From contig WOZS01000005.1 in assembly GCA_011620135.1 (NCBI GenBank), positions 1 to 59,601 of the forward strand: a DNA stretch of 59,601 nucleotides, given 5' to 3'. The DNA is from Gammaproteobacteria bacterium. Its GTDB lineage: Bacteria > Pseudomonadota > Gammaproteobacteria > WOZS01. Below are positions 58,336 through 59,601 of the stretch, one piece after another. Every line of letters begins with the position of its first letter. Positions within the stretch are counted from its first letter, which is position 1. Below the pieces are notes generated by a model, which saw only the letters and a program-made list of their open reading frames with translations, was not told the origin of the DNA and did no database searches. The position numbers and the translations under genes are program-made.

Positions 58336-59154
58336 TCATGGCGCAGCCCATCTCTCCATGGCGCGGCGCTCGTCGATGAGGCGGCGCACATAGGCCGAGG
58401 CATGGTGGGCAGGGATGCTCGGGCATGTTTCGAGGCGCCATTCAGCGGGATCATAGCCGAAACGGCGCATGGTTCTGCCAAGCATGGGTTGCAGGATGGC
58501 CACATCGCTGGTCGTGCACCAGCTACGCCAGGAGGCGCTGCCGCCGGTGCGGGCTACCCGCCCGAGATCATCCCCCAGGAGCACCTGGGGAGCCAACGCA
58601 AACCCCAGGGCCTGCTCGAGTTCCGGTACGCCTCCGGCAAGAAGGTCCTCGTAGCGAACAATTGCAAAAGGGTATCGTGCGTCCTGGCCTGCCAGGAAAT
58701 CATCGATGAGCCTCAGGCTTGCTTCAATGTGGTCCAGGGAGAAATCTTCCCGCAGTGCCGCAAACAGCTCCAGCAGGCCAACAGCGGCGGGACACTCTTC
58801 CTTGCGCCGGAGAAGATCCAGCGCCTTGGCGACGCGCGTTTCTTCCCAACGCCACATGACCTCGAAGCCACCGACATACAACAAGGCGCTCACCAGCACG
58901 TCTCGCGGGTCGCGAACCAGAAAAAGCCGTTTCGAGAAGACAGCCCCCAGTCTCGATGCGATGCCAGGCGCCACGGGCAGCAGCAACTTGGCCACCACAT
59001 GGCCTGGTGCTTCCTGGGCCTGCTGCAGGAAAGCGGGATTGGATGGTTCGAAAAAGCAGCAGGCATCCGGCAGCGAGGCACGCAGGCGTCCATAGAGCAG
59101 GCTGGTGCCGGAACGGGCATGACCCACGATGACCACCTTGTGTGTTGTATCCAT
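58336..59154 (-). CDS. PAPS-dependent sulfotransferase family protein
   Basis: 5'-PSB loop GHARSGTS, 3'-PB motif VRDPRDVLVS, VRYEDL. Confidence 0.8.
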   Translation of the reverse strand: MDTTHKVVIVGHARSGTSLLYGRLRASLPDACCFFEPSNPAFLQQAQEAPGHVVAKLLLPVAPGIASRLGAVFSKRLFLVRDPRDVLVSALLYVGGFEVMWRWEETRVAKALDLLRRKEECPAAVGLLELFAALREDFSLDHIEASLRLIDDFLAGQDARYPFAIVRYEDLLAGGVPELEQALGFALAPQVLLGDDLGRVARTGGSASWRSWCTTSDVAILQPMLGRTMRRFGYDPAEWRLETCPSIPAHHASAYVRRLIDERRAMERWAAP

Positions 59155-59264
59155 GAACCGCTCCATCACAGAAGACCCGCCTGTACACGCCAGGATGCAC
59201 CAATGGCGATGCAGCCTGCCAGTGGTTCTGGATGCCTGCTCCTGTCAGCGCCGCATGTGTTGGT

Positions 59265-59443
59265 TTATGGGTTCTTCCCGCCCGGGGTGATCATCACCCA
59301 GATCAGCAGCCCGACCGGCAGGTTCACCTGTGCCACCTCGAGGCCGGCGATGGCCCCAAAGAGCCCCGCTGCCATCAGGCCGGCCAGGATGCCGGCCCCG
59401 ATGCAAAGACTCACATGCTGACGAAGCGCTCCAACACGCTCAT
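59265..59443 (-). pseudogene. acr3: ACR3 arsenite efflux transporter, frameshifted 5' remnant
   Basis: MSVLERFVSM then stop at 59411-59413; another frame continues SLCIGAGILAG...LEVAQVNLPVGLLIWVMITP, the ACR3 N-terminal signature, and then ends. Confidence 0.75.
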
Positions 59444-59537
59444 GGGCGCCCGGCGGGTTTTCTGGCCGGCGGGTCGCGTTCTTCCGGGCTGGGCGCCGAT
59501 ACGGCAATCCCCCAGCCGATCAGGCCGCCATCCAGAT

Positions 59538-59600
59538 TCATTTCGCCCGCCTGTACTCCACGTCTCCGTCCCCGATGAGGTGGCCGGTTGTCTTGTCGAT
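59538..59600 (-). other. Possible 3' end of a CDS entering from outside the window
   Basis: Open frame IDKTTGHLIGDGDVEYRRAK* runs to the window edge; too short to identify. Confidence 0.3.
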
Positions 59601-59601
59601 G

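Noticed and set aside
1-59601. CRISPR arrays, rRNA/tRNA, IS elements, defence systems
   Set aside because: No regularly spaced repeats, cloverleaf or rRNA signatures, transposase or nuclease-defence motifs were recognised by eye.

Overview
A 59.6-kb, GC-rich, gene-dense stretch of bacterial chromosome. The gene set (hda, lptFG, priA, cca, slt, degQ, xth, nth, thyA/folA, acs, proC-yggT-yggU-metXW, kup, lptM-lysA, polA, anmK-mepM, lon, icd) suggests a Gammaproteobacteria/Acidithiobacillia-like host; that assignment is inference only. No rRNA, tRNA, CRISPR array, integrase or transposase was recognised. Main points of interest: (1) a compact bacterial sphingolipid (ceramide) locus at 2951-12798 with spt, a dedicated ACP, cerR, a fatty acyl-AMP ligase, bCerS, two nucleotidyltransferases and its own lptF/lptG pair, but no ceramide kinase or CDP-alcohol transferase; (2) a 385-bp gap between convergent xth and nth holding two consensus DnaA boxes on either side of a consensus IHF site (oriC/datA/DARS-like); (3) an E. 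coli-type cytidine deaminase with an apparent twin-arginine export signal, translationally coupled to an EEP-family hydrolase; (4) a 1360-aa PIG-L/GT2/coiled-coil/GT2/GT4-like fusion with tandem duplications in its linker; (5) a frameshifted, truncated ACR3 remnant at the right edge. All assignments come from motif recognition by eye; no database search or computation was run, and many start codons were re-chosen from RBS and overlap evidence.
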